Source: Octopus sinensis
Taxonomy: Eukaryota
Reading direction: 5' to 3'
Assembly: GCF_006345805.1 (NCBI RefSeq)
Contig: NC_043000.1
Span: forward strand, 147,188,001 to 147,252,000
DNA: 64,000 nucleotides
Under the pieces are notes generated by a model that worked only from the letters and a program-made list of their open reading frames with translations, made no database searches and was not told the origin of the DNA. Positions 52,995 through 64,000 of this stretch are shown here, in pieces. The translations under genes and the position numbers were made by a program. Within the stretch, counting starts at the first letter, position 1. The number at the start of each line of letters is the position of its first letter.

Positions 52995-54253
52995 CAGGGG
53001 TTGGACAAAATAATGGAAACACCTTAAAATTTCAAACAAATTTATTTTATTATGAGGTAAGATCACCTTTGGCAGTAATTACAGCTTGAATTCTACGAGG
53101 TATGGACTCGTACAAAGTTTGAATTGTTTCCAAATGAACTTTTGTCCATTCTTCAGCTAAAACAGTCTCCAGCTCTTGTAGTGCTGATGGTGGATATCGA
53201 CTCCTTGCTTGTTTTTTCTAAAATGCACCATAAATATTCAATAATACTGAGATCTGGTGACAGTGGTAGCCAGATAAGATGGTCGACTTCACTAAAATAT
53301 TCCTCGTGTCATTCAGTAACAACTTTAGCATTGTGAATTGGTGCATTATCATCCTGAAAGATTGCGTTTCCCTCCGGAAACAGTTCTGCAACCATAAGAT
53401 GAATTTGATCAGATAAAATGCTTATATAGGCTTTATTAATTCTGCTATGAAGGAAACCCATTGGGCCGGCGGATTTCTAAGCTATAGTCCCCACCCCCTC
53501 CCCCAGATCTTCACAGATCCTCCTCCATTTCTAACAGTTGGAAGAAGGTAGTCTGGGTCAAATGCTTCTTTTAGGTGTCTCCACATGTATACTCGGCCGG
53601 TGGTCGGAAATAAGGTAAAGGATAACTCTTCCGAGAAGACTCTAGGGACCATTTCTTTAGGTCTTTACTCCACTCTAAACGCTTTGCAACGTTTGTTTTT
53701 GAAAGTAGTGGTTTTTCTGATTGTAGCCCTCCTGTGAAATCCGATTTTGTGCAGCTCCCAGCGAATAGTTTTTGTGGAAACTGTGTTCTTGATGTGGTCA
53801 TTAAGCTCTGCAGTAATTTCGGGAACTCTACTTTTATTATCCTTTCTAACAATTCGCGTAAGAGTCCGACAGTCCCTATCTGAAAGTTTTTGTTTTCTTC
53901 CGGAGTTTTGTTTCGACGAGTAAGTTTTTCCCTCTTTCTCAAAGGCTGTCATTGCTTTCGATACAGTACTTCTTGATACACCAAACAGTTCGGCTGTTTT
54001 CGTTACGCTAGCGCCTGCCATCCGAGCACCAACAATTTGACCTCTTTGAAAGTCCGATAGATCTGTCATTTTAATGAATTTTTATTACCTTTTTCTGATA
54101 ATATTTGAAAAGAACTAGTGATTTTAGCAAAACATATTAAGCAACATAAAACATAAAAATAACAAAAATAAATATACTTTTGACGGTTTTATAGATATTT
54201 CAAAATTATGATGCTATGATGCTTGATATTTCCATTATTTTGTCCAACACCGA
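52995..54253 (-). mobile_element. Full-length defective Tc1/mariner (Tc1 family) transposon
   Basis: TIRs CAGGGGTTGGACAAAATAATGGAAA (52995) and its degenerate reverse complement ending at 54253, with TA flanks. The transposase starts at 54069 with LSDFQRGQIVGAR...GVSRSTVS...GRK.KLS and continues over frameshifts and stops through FQDDNAPIH, W...SPDLS.IE.LW and IPRRIQAVITAKG. Confidence 0.96.
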
Positions 54254-54257
54254 TATA

Positions 54258-54459
54258 CTCTTTTACTTGTTTCAGTCATTTGAATGCGGCCATGCTGGAG
54301 CACCGCCTTTAATCGAGCAACTCGACCCCGGGACTTATTCTTTTTGTAAGCCCAGTACTTATTCTATCGGTCTCTTTTGCCGAACCGCTAAGTAACGGGG
54401 ACATAAACACACCAGCATCGGTTGTCAAGCAATGCTAGGGGGACAAATACAGACACACA

Positions 54460-54517
<58 letters not shown>

Positions 54518-54688
54518 CATATATACGACGGGCTTCTTTCAGTTTCCGTCTACCAAATCCACTCATAAGGCATTGGTCGGCCCGAGGCTATAGTAGAAGA
54601 CACTGGCCCAAGGTGCCACGCAGTGGGACTGAACCCGGAACCATGTGGTTGGTAAACAAGCTACTTACCACACAGCCACTCCTGCGCC
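54258..54688 (-). mobile_element. Full-length SINE family B
   Basis: Collinear with 35711-36118. It abuts the Tc1 right-hand TA. Confidence 0.92.
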
Positions 54689-54704
54689 ATATATATTTTT
54701 TATT

Positions 54705-54990
54705 CTTTACTCGTTTTAGTCATTGGACTGCGACCATGCTAGGACACCGCCTTGAACGTTTTTGCTGAATAAATCGACTCCAGTACATATATTTTTAAGA
54801 CAGGTAGTTATTCTATCGGTCTCTTTTGTCGGTTAAGTTATTGAGACGCAAACAAACCAGAACCGGTTGCTGGAGAACAAACCCAAAAACAAATATACAC
54901 ACGCACATGTATGTGTGTGTACATACATACATATGTGTATGTGCATATACATATACATCGTTTCATATGTGTGTATGCGTATACATACGT

Positions 54991-55025
<35 letters not shown>

Positions 55026-55240
55026 TGTGTGTGTGTGCTATATATATATATAGGCGCAGGAGTGGCTGTGTGGTAAGTAGCTTGTTTACCAACCACATGG
55101 TTCCGGGTTCAGTCCCACTGCGTGGCACCTTCGGTAAGTGTCTTCTACTATAGCCTCGCCCGACCAAAGCCTTGTGAGTGGATTTGGTAGACGGAAACTG
55201 AAAGAAGCCCGTCGTATATATGTATATATATATATATATA
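54705..55240. mobile_element. Family B SINE fragments: 3' half on minus (54705-54900) and 5' half on plus (55053-55240)
   Basis: CATTGGACTGCGACCATGC...TATTCTATCGGTCTCTTTTG, and GGCGCAGGAGTGGCTGTGTGG...GAAAGAAGCCCGTCG. Confidence 0.8.
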
Positions 55241-55241
55241 C

Positions 55242-55311
55242 GCGAGAAAGAAGCAACAAGAATGGATAGGTTTTTAGTAAAACCTATCCATTCTTGTTGC
55301 TTCTTTCTCGC
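55242..55311. repeat. Perfect 33-bp inverted repeat with 4-nt loop
   Basis: GCGAGAAAGAAGCAACAAGAATGGATAGGTTTT-TAGT-exact reverse complement. Confidence 0.97.
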
Positions 55312-55433
55312 TTATAATCACCCCACATTGCTGTATTGTTAAAACAGTATAGTTTTTTTTTTTTTTGGTGCATCTAAGTTAGGTACCATATTCAAGTAAA
55401 TTCATTTAAATTAACTTGAATCTTATTGCTTTT

Positions 55434-55469
<36 letters not shown>

Positions 55470-55476
55470 ATATATA

Positions 55477-55553
<77 letters not shown>

Positions 55554-55789
55554 TGGAGGAGTATTTGGGAAGAGAGGCCTTGCTGGTCTACCAGATAGAT
55601 GGAAGAGCATTATAGAAAATGAAGGAGAGTGTATTTTAGATCAAAAGAGAACTTTGTTTATCTTAATTTTGGAAAATAAAAGGAGTATAAAAATCATCAT
55701 TATTTATGGGATAACCCAATACATACATACGTACATACATACATACATACATACATCATACATACATACATACATACATACATACATGT

Positions 55790-55821
<32 letters not shown>

Positions 55822-56289
55822 ACGTACACACACACGACGGGCTCCCACATAGTTTCTGCCTATCAAATCCTCCAAGTTTTTGATTAACTGAGAACCATAG
55901 TAGAAGATATTTAGCAAGATTACGCAGTAGGATTGAACTGGAAACCACGCGGGTGCAAGGCGAGTTTCTTAACCACACACAAACACACACACTCACACAT
56001 ACACACACACACACATATATATACATATATATATACACAGACACACACACACATATACATATGTATATGCTTGCATGTATCTGTATTTGTTTTCTTCTGT
56101 TTCTAACTCTGAGGAAGGAGCTGGTTTCTAACAAACATACAAGACTACACCTTTGGAATGTAGATAACAAAGGCAAATTCACATTTTAAGCTTCAGAACA
56201 GTCTTTCATATTTTTATTGTTCCACTTTCAGATTGCATTTGTAATATTCGAATTAACTGATTGATTTCTTTTACTGAAAACCCAGCTTA

Positions 56290-57935
56290 TCCAGATTGTC
56301 ACTTAAACGTTTACTCACAAGATGAAATGCACCAGTTATTATTTACATAGATGTAAATTTGTTATCTGGATACAGCAGCTGGAGGTTTCGAAGCAGTTGC
56401 CCGTAATTAGCCTTTTTCTCTTTGATTTTCGATGAGATATCTGCATCCGCAGGACAGCTGACCTCTATGGCAGTACATACTTTTCCTTCTCAGCCCAAGC
56501 AATAATATTCGGCTTGTTATGTTTACACTTGACAGAAGTTTAGATCGGAATGTTCCACCAACATTTCTTGTGTTAATATTTGTGTACGTATACAATAACA
56601 AGATTCTCCGAATTTATTCCAAAGCAGTCTTTTTTTTCGAATGGCAATGTATATTGTCATAGCGATAGTGATGACATAATCTACATTTTCGGTTGCCTCT
56701 TGGGTCTCCAAAGGTTTCACTGTCTCTTGCTTATTAGGTATTTCGCAGCAATCTCCTCTTCTTAGTGGCATGTGATGTAGCGGTCACGAGTCCAAGAAAG
56801 GCTGCACTTCGTTTCGATATTAGTCTACTTTGAAGCCCTCAGGAAACATACCAATGCATAGCTTTGAGGATTTTGCTTGTTTGTTTCTTTCTTTCTTTCT
56901 TTCTTTAGGAGAATTGCTCAGCGTTTCACATTGAGGTTTTCTTTCATGTACGTCATTCCAGCTGTTTCGGGGTTGCATAGGAGGTCATCGGGAAGAGAGT
57001 GCGACCTGAGGAGCTCACTGCTAACACTAAGTTTATGTATTTATTTTTGCTGCTGTTGTTTATCAAGCGGTGCCAGAGAGAAACTATACGATATGCGAAG
57101 GTTGTCCTCACTGATCTCAAGCCTCTACTTCCTTCATCTCTTCTTAGGTAGAGCCTGTTGATATCACTATTTCTGTGGAATTTTCCAGTTGATGTCAGGA
57201 TCTTGCGGTTTTAATGTCTATGGAGTGGTTTCCCTCTACAGACTACTCCTGTATCACAAATTTTGGACCCAGCACTGGCACTGCAAATGTATTGTGGAAT
57301 ATTGTTTTCTTGTAAGGAGAATTCCACCCGCCATATTTTTCTAAGCCTGGCATAATATTCTCGGATCACTCTACTTTTATTCCCAGTAACGTCGTGTATA
57401 CATAGGTAGTTGTAGTATTCTTTGTGTGAAACAAAGAGATAGTGAAACCATTGATACACAAGTTGTGGGGCCTGAAGGACCGACTTTCCACATTCAAAAA
57501 TCAAATATGAACAGTTCTTTCTGTTTTACTTATTTATGTATTTTTTGTGGGAGTGGCATTGTTAAAATTTTAGCGTAAATCTTTAGGTCATCCACAAAGA
57601 CATTATGGGTTACATTAATATCTCTGGCAGTTGCAGACCCTAGAATGTAACCATTTGATATTTGTGGTAGGAATGACAATACATTTATTGCGAAACTGAA
57701 TAGAATTATGGAAAGACTTTTCCCTCGGAGTATCCCCTTTGAAATACTTATAATCAATCCATACTGTTGCAAGTCCACGATATTTTCTTTTTATCAAAAG
57801 TTGTTCAGTACATCCCCGCTCTCCGATCTTTCCACCTACCTGCCCATCAGTCATAGTGATCTAGGACGAATTGGTGAGGCATCTTGTGTATAGTTTGGAC
57901 ATAATGTTTCCTGCCATCTTTCGTTTTTGGTCACT
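56290..57935 (-). mobile_element. Decayed R4/Dong-clade (RLE-type) LINE
   Basis: GCTEQLLI, VWIDYK, KGILRGKSLS..LF, THNVFVDDLKIYAK, IREYYARLRKIW, FHRNSDINRLYLRRDEGSRGL and the RLE region WWNIPI.TSVKCKHNKPNII. There are many stops and deletions. Confidence 0.85.
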
Positions 57936-58140
57936 TAATTTGCCCGTACAATAGCAAGCCTATTTGGCATATCAATTTGACCTTGCGTAGTCCTTTTCAA
58001 TACACATATTAATAGTTTTGTATGTATATACGTATATAATTTATGTATACATGAGTCTCTCTCTCTCTCTCTCCTCTCTCTCTCTTTGCATATATATATA
58101 AATATATATATTAATATATATATGCATGTGGTATATATAA

Positions 58141-58196
<56 letters not shown>

Positions 58197-58203
58197 TATA
58201 TAT

Positions 58204-58261
<58 letters not shown>

Positions 58262-58267
<6 letters not shown>

Positions 58268-58512
58268 CGTCACCGTGACCGACCAGCTATCAGATGTTGT
58301 TACACATCGCTGGTCACAATGCGCTTCGCATTGTTTTAGCCTTTAAATTACGCCACCCCGCTGGCTAAGCGAGCAGGCCAACAGAAGAAAGAGTGAGAGA
58401 AAATTGTGGCGAAAGAGTACAGCAGGGATCTCCACCACCCCCTGCCGGAGCCTTGTGGAGTTTTAGGTGTTTTCGCTCAATAAACACTCACAACGCCCGG
58501 TCTGGGAATCGA
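58262..58512 (-). mobile_element. 5'-clipped SINE family D with a third tail type
   Basis: Body CCCAGACCGGGCGTTGTGAGTGTTTATTGAGCGAAAACACCTAAAA as at 38922. The tail ends in GGTCACGGTGACGGTGA. Confidence 0.8.
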
Positions 58513-58814
58513 AACCGCGATCCTACGACCGCGTGTGTGTGTGTGTGTATGTGTGTGTATTGTGTGTGTATGTGTGTGTGTATGTGTGTGTGTGTGTGGT
58601 GTCTGTGTGTGTGTGTGTGTGTGTGTCTGTGTGTTAACTAAAATATAACAAGGCCAAGGTAATATGATATTTCTAGGATATACATTATTTACATTATTTA
58701 CAGTTGACATATTTGTCCTCATCTTGTTTATTGTTAACACAGCGTTTCGGCTGATATACCCTTCAGGGCGGGCTACTAACTCCAAGATTCCGAGTTCGAT
58801 TCCAGGCAGTGACC

Positions 58815-58879
<65 letters not shown>

Positions 58880-58881
58880 TC

Positions 58882-59114
58882 AGACATTCAGACATAAAAA
58901 AATATTCAGACAAATACATAACAAAAACACCAGGACTTACAGACACATATAACATACAGAAAATTGCACTACTAGGCACTGCACACATCCTACGCAGAAC
59001 ACTTTCCATACAATAACCATCAAAGCATCACAACAAATCACAGCACATACCCAAGGCACACAGAGCTGCGCTCGGTAGTGAAGTGAAAGCACGCTATAAA
59101 AATAAAACTACTGA
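58882..59114 (+). mobile_element. R4/Dong-type LINE 3' end within (AAT)n
   Basis: IKKYSDKYITKTPGLTDTYNIQKIALLGTAHILRRTLSIQ* followed by a 3' UTR, with (AAT)n on both sides. Confidence 0.8.
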
Positions 59115-59259
59115 ATAATAATAATAATAATAATAAATAATAATAATAATAATAAATAATAATAATAATAATAACAACAACAACAACAACAATAACAACA
59201 ACAACAGCAACATCGGAAAATACTTTAGGAATGAGAACTCAGGTTCGGAATTTCCCCAA

Positions 59260-59305
59260 GACACTTGAAGAAGGCTGGATGGTATATCAGCCGAAACGTT
59301 GTGTT
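59260..59305 (+). ncRNA. Minimal type I hammerhead motif with C3->U in this copy
   Basis: GACAC TTGAAGA A GGCTG GATGGTATAT CAGCC GAAAC GTT GTGTT. Stem I is GACAC/GUGUU, stem II is 5 bp and stem III is the palindrome AACGUU. Confidence 0.6.
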
Positions 59306-59396
59306 AACAATAAACAAGATGGGGACAAATATCTGTCAATTGTAAATAATGTAAATAATGTACGTAATTCCTCATCTCTCAAATATGGAACTGTAT

Positions 59397-59730
59397 TATT
59401 TCTAGGATATTTACAAAGAGAAAGGTGGTCTTACAGCTGTTACAGGGAAATAAATGATATCTCATCATCAAAGACAAGCTAAGAGCGTTTCAATAGAAGA
59501 AATAAGTAGAGTTCATTATATAAGAAGTTATTTTGGAAAGGAAGAGATAGAGAAAATATAAAGGGAGAGATGAACTCTATTTGAACTCTCCTTCTATTGA
59601 AACTCTTTTAACTCGTATCTGATGACAAGATATCATTTATTTCCCTGAGACAGCTGTAAGATCACCTTTCTCTTTATAAATATCCTAGACATATCACATT
59701 GCCCTGGCCTTGTTATCATATTTTATTTAA
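59397..59730. mobile_element. Inverted pair of solo pLTR-like elements with HHR-like motif
   Basis: 59397-59515 (continuing at 58636-58681) is the reverse complement of about 59565-59725. The motif CTGATGA...TTTCCCT GAGAC AGCT GTA AGA starts at 59619. Confidence 0.75.
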
Positions 59731-60668
59731 CATATACACGCTCTCACACGACCCGCATTAGTCTCATCACTCATACTATTATTGAAGAGGGAGTTTAACA
59801 GCGGTCCTTCCATAGCACTTACATAGCCTTACCTGCCTTTTGAGTCTTCTGGATACCAAAACCTCTCATAATATATATATATATACATATATATATATGT
59901 ATATATATATACATAAATATATATATATGTGTGTGTGCGCGCATACATATATATGCAATACATGCATATATATAGATGTATGTATTATCTGTAATATAAA
60001 TTGGACATGGGCGATCGTTGTATTCTTTCTTGTCTTGAGGTTCACAGCCAAACGGATGGATTCGCGTGAAAAAATGGCACACATGTGGAGACGGGTGCAT
60101 AGATTGGAATGCGTTATGTATTTTTTCCTAGCCTCCATAGTTACCAAGAAAATCGATTAAAACTTTTTCTAATGGAATTTCCATTTTTGTTCAGCCATTA
60201 AAACGACCAGTTTCTCACACAGCCGGCATATACCATTTCGCTAGCAACAAGGGGAGTACAGGATGTCAGTCAGCCAAAACTTTCGCTATGCTGTTTCTCT
60301 TCTTTCACCTCTTTAGTAGCCTTTAGTTACAATTTCTCATTCAAACTACATAATAGGCAGAATTGTCGGATTAAGACTGTAGGGTGTTTTGAGGGAGATT
60401 TGACTGCTATTTCTACCAGGTCTAGCTACCATGTAGAGGTCTGAACTTAATTTCATTCACATATTTGCATTTCAAAAATTTAACATAATCTTTTCCATAA
60501 ATCAGCTATCGTAAAAATTTTATACGATGACCTCACATTTTCTATGTATGTGAGTGTACCTTAAAATATGTCAATCATCACGACACACACCTTCACTTAC
60601 TCTATCTCTCTTTCTCAACCTCTTTCTCTCTCACATACACATGCGCAAGCACGCACGCACACACACGC

Positions 60669-60767
<99 letters not shown>

Positions 60768-60838
60768 CATTTCATATATCTTCTTTCAATTTCTGCTCTC
60801 TGCAAATAAATTTTTTTACAGATACAACTGCTTACAAA

Positions 60839-60936
60839 AATAGGAATTAATGTATAAGTTCTTTCTATGTTCATAATTAAATGTTTTAATAGGAATTAAT
60901 GTATAAGTTCTTTCTATGTTCATAATTAAATGTTTT
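60839..60936. repeat. Perfect 49-bp tandem duplication
   Basis: AATAGGAATTAATGTATAAGTTCTTTCTATGTTCATAATTAAATGTTTT occurs twice. Confidence 0.95.
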
Positions 60937-61397
60937 AATGATTAGACAGACTACGTACAAATTCGTTCTTCACAACTCCTGAATCTGTTTTCTGACACAG
61001 GTGGGTGGAGCCAGGAAATTTTCTTACAGCTGGAGGCTCCAATCGAAACAGGGGATCCCAAATGATATAATTGAGAAACGTTGTTATAGATTATGCCTAA
61101 CCGAAAACGATCACAGCCACATCATCCAAACAGACCGGGTGAAACCGGGCCTAGCTGTTAGTATACATATATACGTGTATATGTACATATGTATTCTGAT
61201 AGATATAATATACATATATGCATATATGTATATACATGCGTGTATATATCGTATATATATATATCGTATGTATATGTGTGTATGTGCATGTATGTATGCA
61301 TATACACACTGCACTTATATGAAAATGTATAGAGATTTTTTCACATATATAGAGTTATACATACATCTACAAATATATATATATGTGTATATGTATG

Positions 61398-61488
<91 letters not shown>

Positions 61489-64000
61489 CTTTTGCAAATG
61501 TATATATATATAATATATATATACTTTTGTAAATGTACACTTGTAAATGTTAGGTTTTAAAATATCCTGTATCCTAATGTATAATTTGGTATGTACATAA
61601 ATACAGTGTATGTGACTATATTGAGTTTGTCACCAATGTCCACTTACACATTCACACTCACACACACGCACACCACATACATGCACACACACACTCAGAA
61701 ACATATATATCTTTATGCAGACATACGTACATATATGTATATAAATACATGTATTTATATATGTATTTATACATGTATTTATATATACATATATGTTTGC
61801 TTGAGTATATATTTGTGAATCTATGTATGGATATATATGTGTGTGTATGCACTTAAGCATACATACATACATACATACATACATGCATACATACATACAT
61901 ACATACATACATACATACATACATACATACATACATACATACATACATACGTACATACTTACATAAATACATACTTGTTGAGATGGCAATATTGATATAT
62001 CTTATTCGTTTCAAACAACCACTTACTTTCCTTTTTAATTTAAAACCGTGCCTTCAATTACACGGACCACTAGCTAGGAGTGATGGCACTGAACGAAGAA
62101 ATCTAATCAAAGACAACAGAAACTTCAATTTGCAAAGAACGGATTCGCGAAAAACTATTACACTGCGAAAAGAAAAGAAGTGGTTAAAAGGGAAAAAATC
62201 GATAGGACAAGTTTAGAAATAAGTCGAGAGGTCTAATATATTATTTATTATACACTCTCTTATATTGGAACAAATAAATTTCGTTAATTTCGCTGGCAAG
62301 TCAAGAATTACAAATTTTGAAATATTATTTGTTTACCGAAGAACAATGTCTTACGAAACAATTTTTGGCAATCGTTTTGTACTATATTGTCATATGATCT
62401 ATTCTGCTTTGTTAATATCTCTAAGAGTTTGGCCTTTGTCAAGGTATAAAGAAAATAATAGCCGAGAAATTAAAACCAAGAACAGAAATTAATTTGTTTT
62501 CCGTTTATATTCTGGTAAGAATATTTTACGAGGCAAAATTTGCAAATATCTGGTATACCATATTGACATGTGATCTATACTTTTGTTATTGTGTAAACTT
62601 TCGTTTCTTTCGTTAGTTGTGTCAGGTGCTGCTGAGTAAAACTGTAAGTAATGCATGAAATTTCTTTTTATCTTTTGTCAAAAGACAAAAAAAGAATTTA
62701 ATATTTGTTTGTGTTTATTTTTATGGATAGTGTATTAATGTTAATGCAAAGCAATGTTTGCTGCATATCGTCATTTACTATACTTTACGTTTTGCCTAAA
62801 GACTTTGTTCTTCTGTATATTCCTGAATGTCGTTGAAGAAGTATAATTAATTGGAACTACGAACACAAAGTTAATCAATAGCATAGATTTCGTGTCCGTG
62901 GGCCGATCATTAGTTAACATATGGTTGCAGCTCTCGTGTTTCGAGCAACTGGTAACGATCAACTTTCTCGAATTGTATTATTTCCCTTTTTCCGTTTTAC
63001 TCCAAGTAATAAGAAGAATGTACGATATTTCTCCGTTAAGATAATAGTGAAAACAACATCTAAAAGGACTGCGATACTTCATAAACATGTAAGAAAGCAA
63101 ATATATATAATCACGGAGAAAACAGATTTCTGTTGAAAATGTGAATGAATAGCAAAATGAGAGATTTCTACATTGTATAACAGGGAGGATAGTCAGTGAA
63201 TAAAAATAGAAAAAAATCAGGTATAGACATTTAAGAGTAGTGATTGAATGACTTATTGGGTCGAGAGAGGCACAGCAGAAGAATTTGAATTTATGTATCT
63301 TGAACAAACATAGTGGACCCCGTCCAAATTAGATCCCTGTATGTATTCAACTGCTTAAAGACAAAATATTTGCCGTGCAACTTCTTGGAGCATCTTATTT
63401 CCCTCTTCTTGTGGTAACCACTACTGAAATATTTGCCATTTGTAAGTGTATTGTAAGTGTATTGGTCCCACATACAACTACACAGTACTGGTTGCAAAAT
63501 AAGAACCGCTGTCTGCTCCGTTAGTTGTCTGCTACTCTAGCCAATTAACTACCCGTGTTCTCGAGTGTTAAAGCAAGCAGGTTCATTAATATGAGAAATA
63601 TTAAGTTTGTGCAGGTGAAAAGAAGCTAGTTTATAGACATAAAAGGAAGTTAATTTATCGACATGGATGGTGGCTATTTTTTGTCAACAAAGAAGAAAGT
63701 CATTTTGTAAGCATAGAAGGATATCAAGTTGATAAAAATGGAAGGAAGCAAGTTCATGAATATGTGACTAAACCAATTTATAAAACTTGGAAGGAAGTTA
63801 TTTTTATAAACATGAAAGAGTTATTTATAAGCATCGACGAAAACTACTTTATATTCATGGTAAGAACTTGCTTTTGAAATATAGAAAATATGAAATATAA
63901 GACTTGAGACTTTTCTGTAGTAGTATTTGCTTTTTATTACAGTTTGCTTAGTAAGTGGTCCCATTTTTCATGTATGCCCATCAGGTCCTTTTTCTTATAT

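Larger units (their letters stand above)
58682..59396 (+). mobile_element. TSD-flanked composite: inverted tail copy + tRNA-like head + (AAT)n + hammerhead-bearing tail
   Basis: A 14-bp TSD TATTTCTAGGATAT lies at 58668-58681 and 59397-59410. 58682-58768 is the reverse complement of about 59275-59360. The B-box GAGTTCGATTCC is at 58792-58803. Confidence 0.8.

Overview
This is AT-rich, microsatellite-dense eukaryotic DNA. The SINE types, microsatellite load and LINE mix suggest a cephalopod, probably Octopus, but that is inference. No intact host gene can be supported, and nearly all long ORFs in the track are translations of simple repeats. The window is a transposon graveyard: two Penelope-like (PLE) RT/GIY-YIG remnants, CR1-like, Tx1/L1, RTE and R4/Dong LINE remnants, a full-length defective Tc1, a Buster-type hAT fragment, a TTAGGG-bearing MITE, non-autonomous Helitrons and more than 20 tRNA-derived SINE copies. 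The most notable signal is about a dozen short segments that fold as minimal type I hammerhead ribozymes (HHR), mostly in inverted or palindromic arrangements. They include a 479-bp tandem/inverted unit with a canonical HHR core (27.1 kb) and a TSD-flanked composite of tRNA-like head, (AAT)n and HHR tail (58.7-59.4 kb) that looks like a PLE-mobilised SINE. All folds were read by eye and activity is untested.
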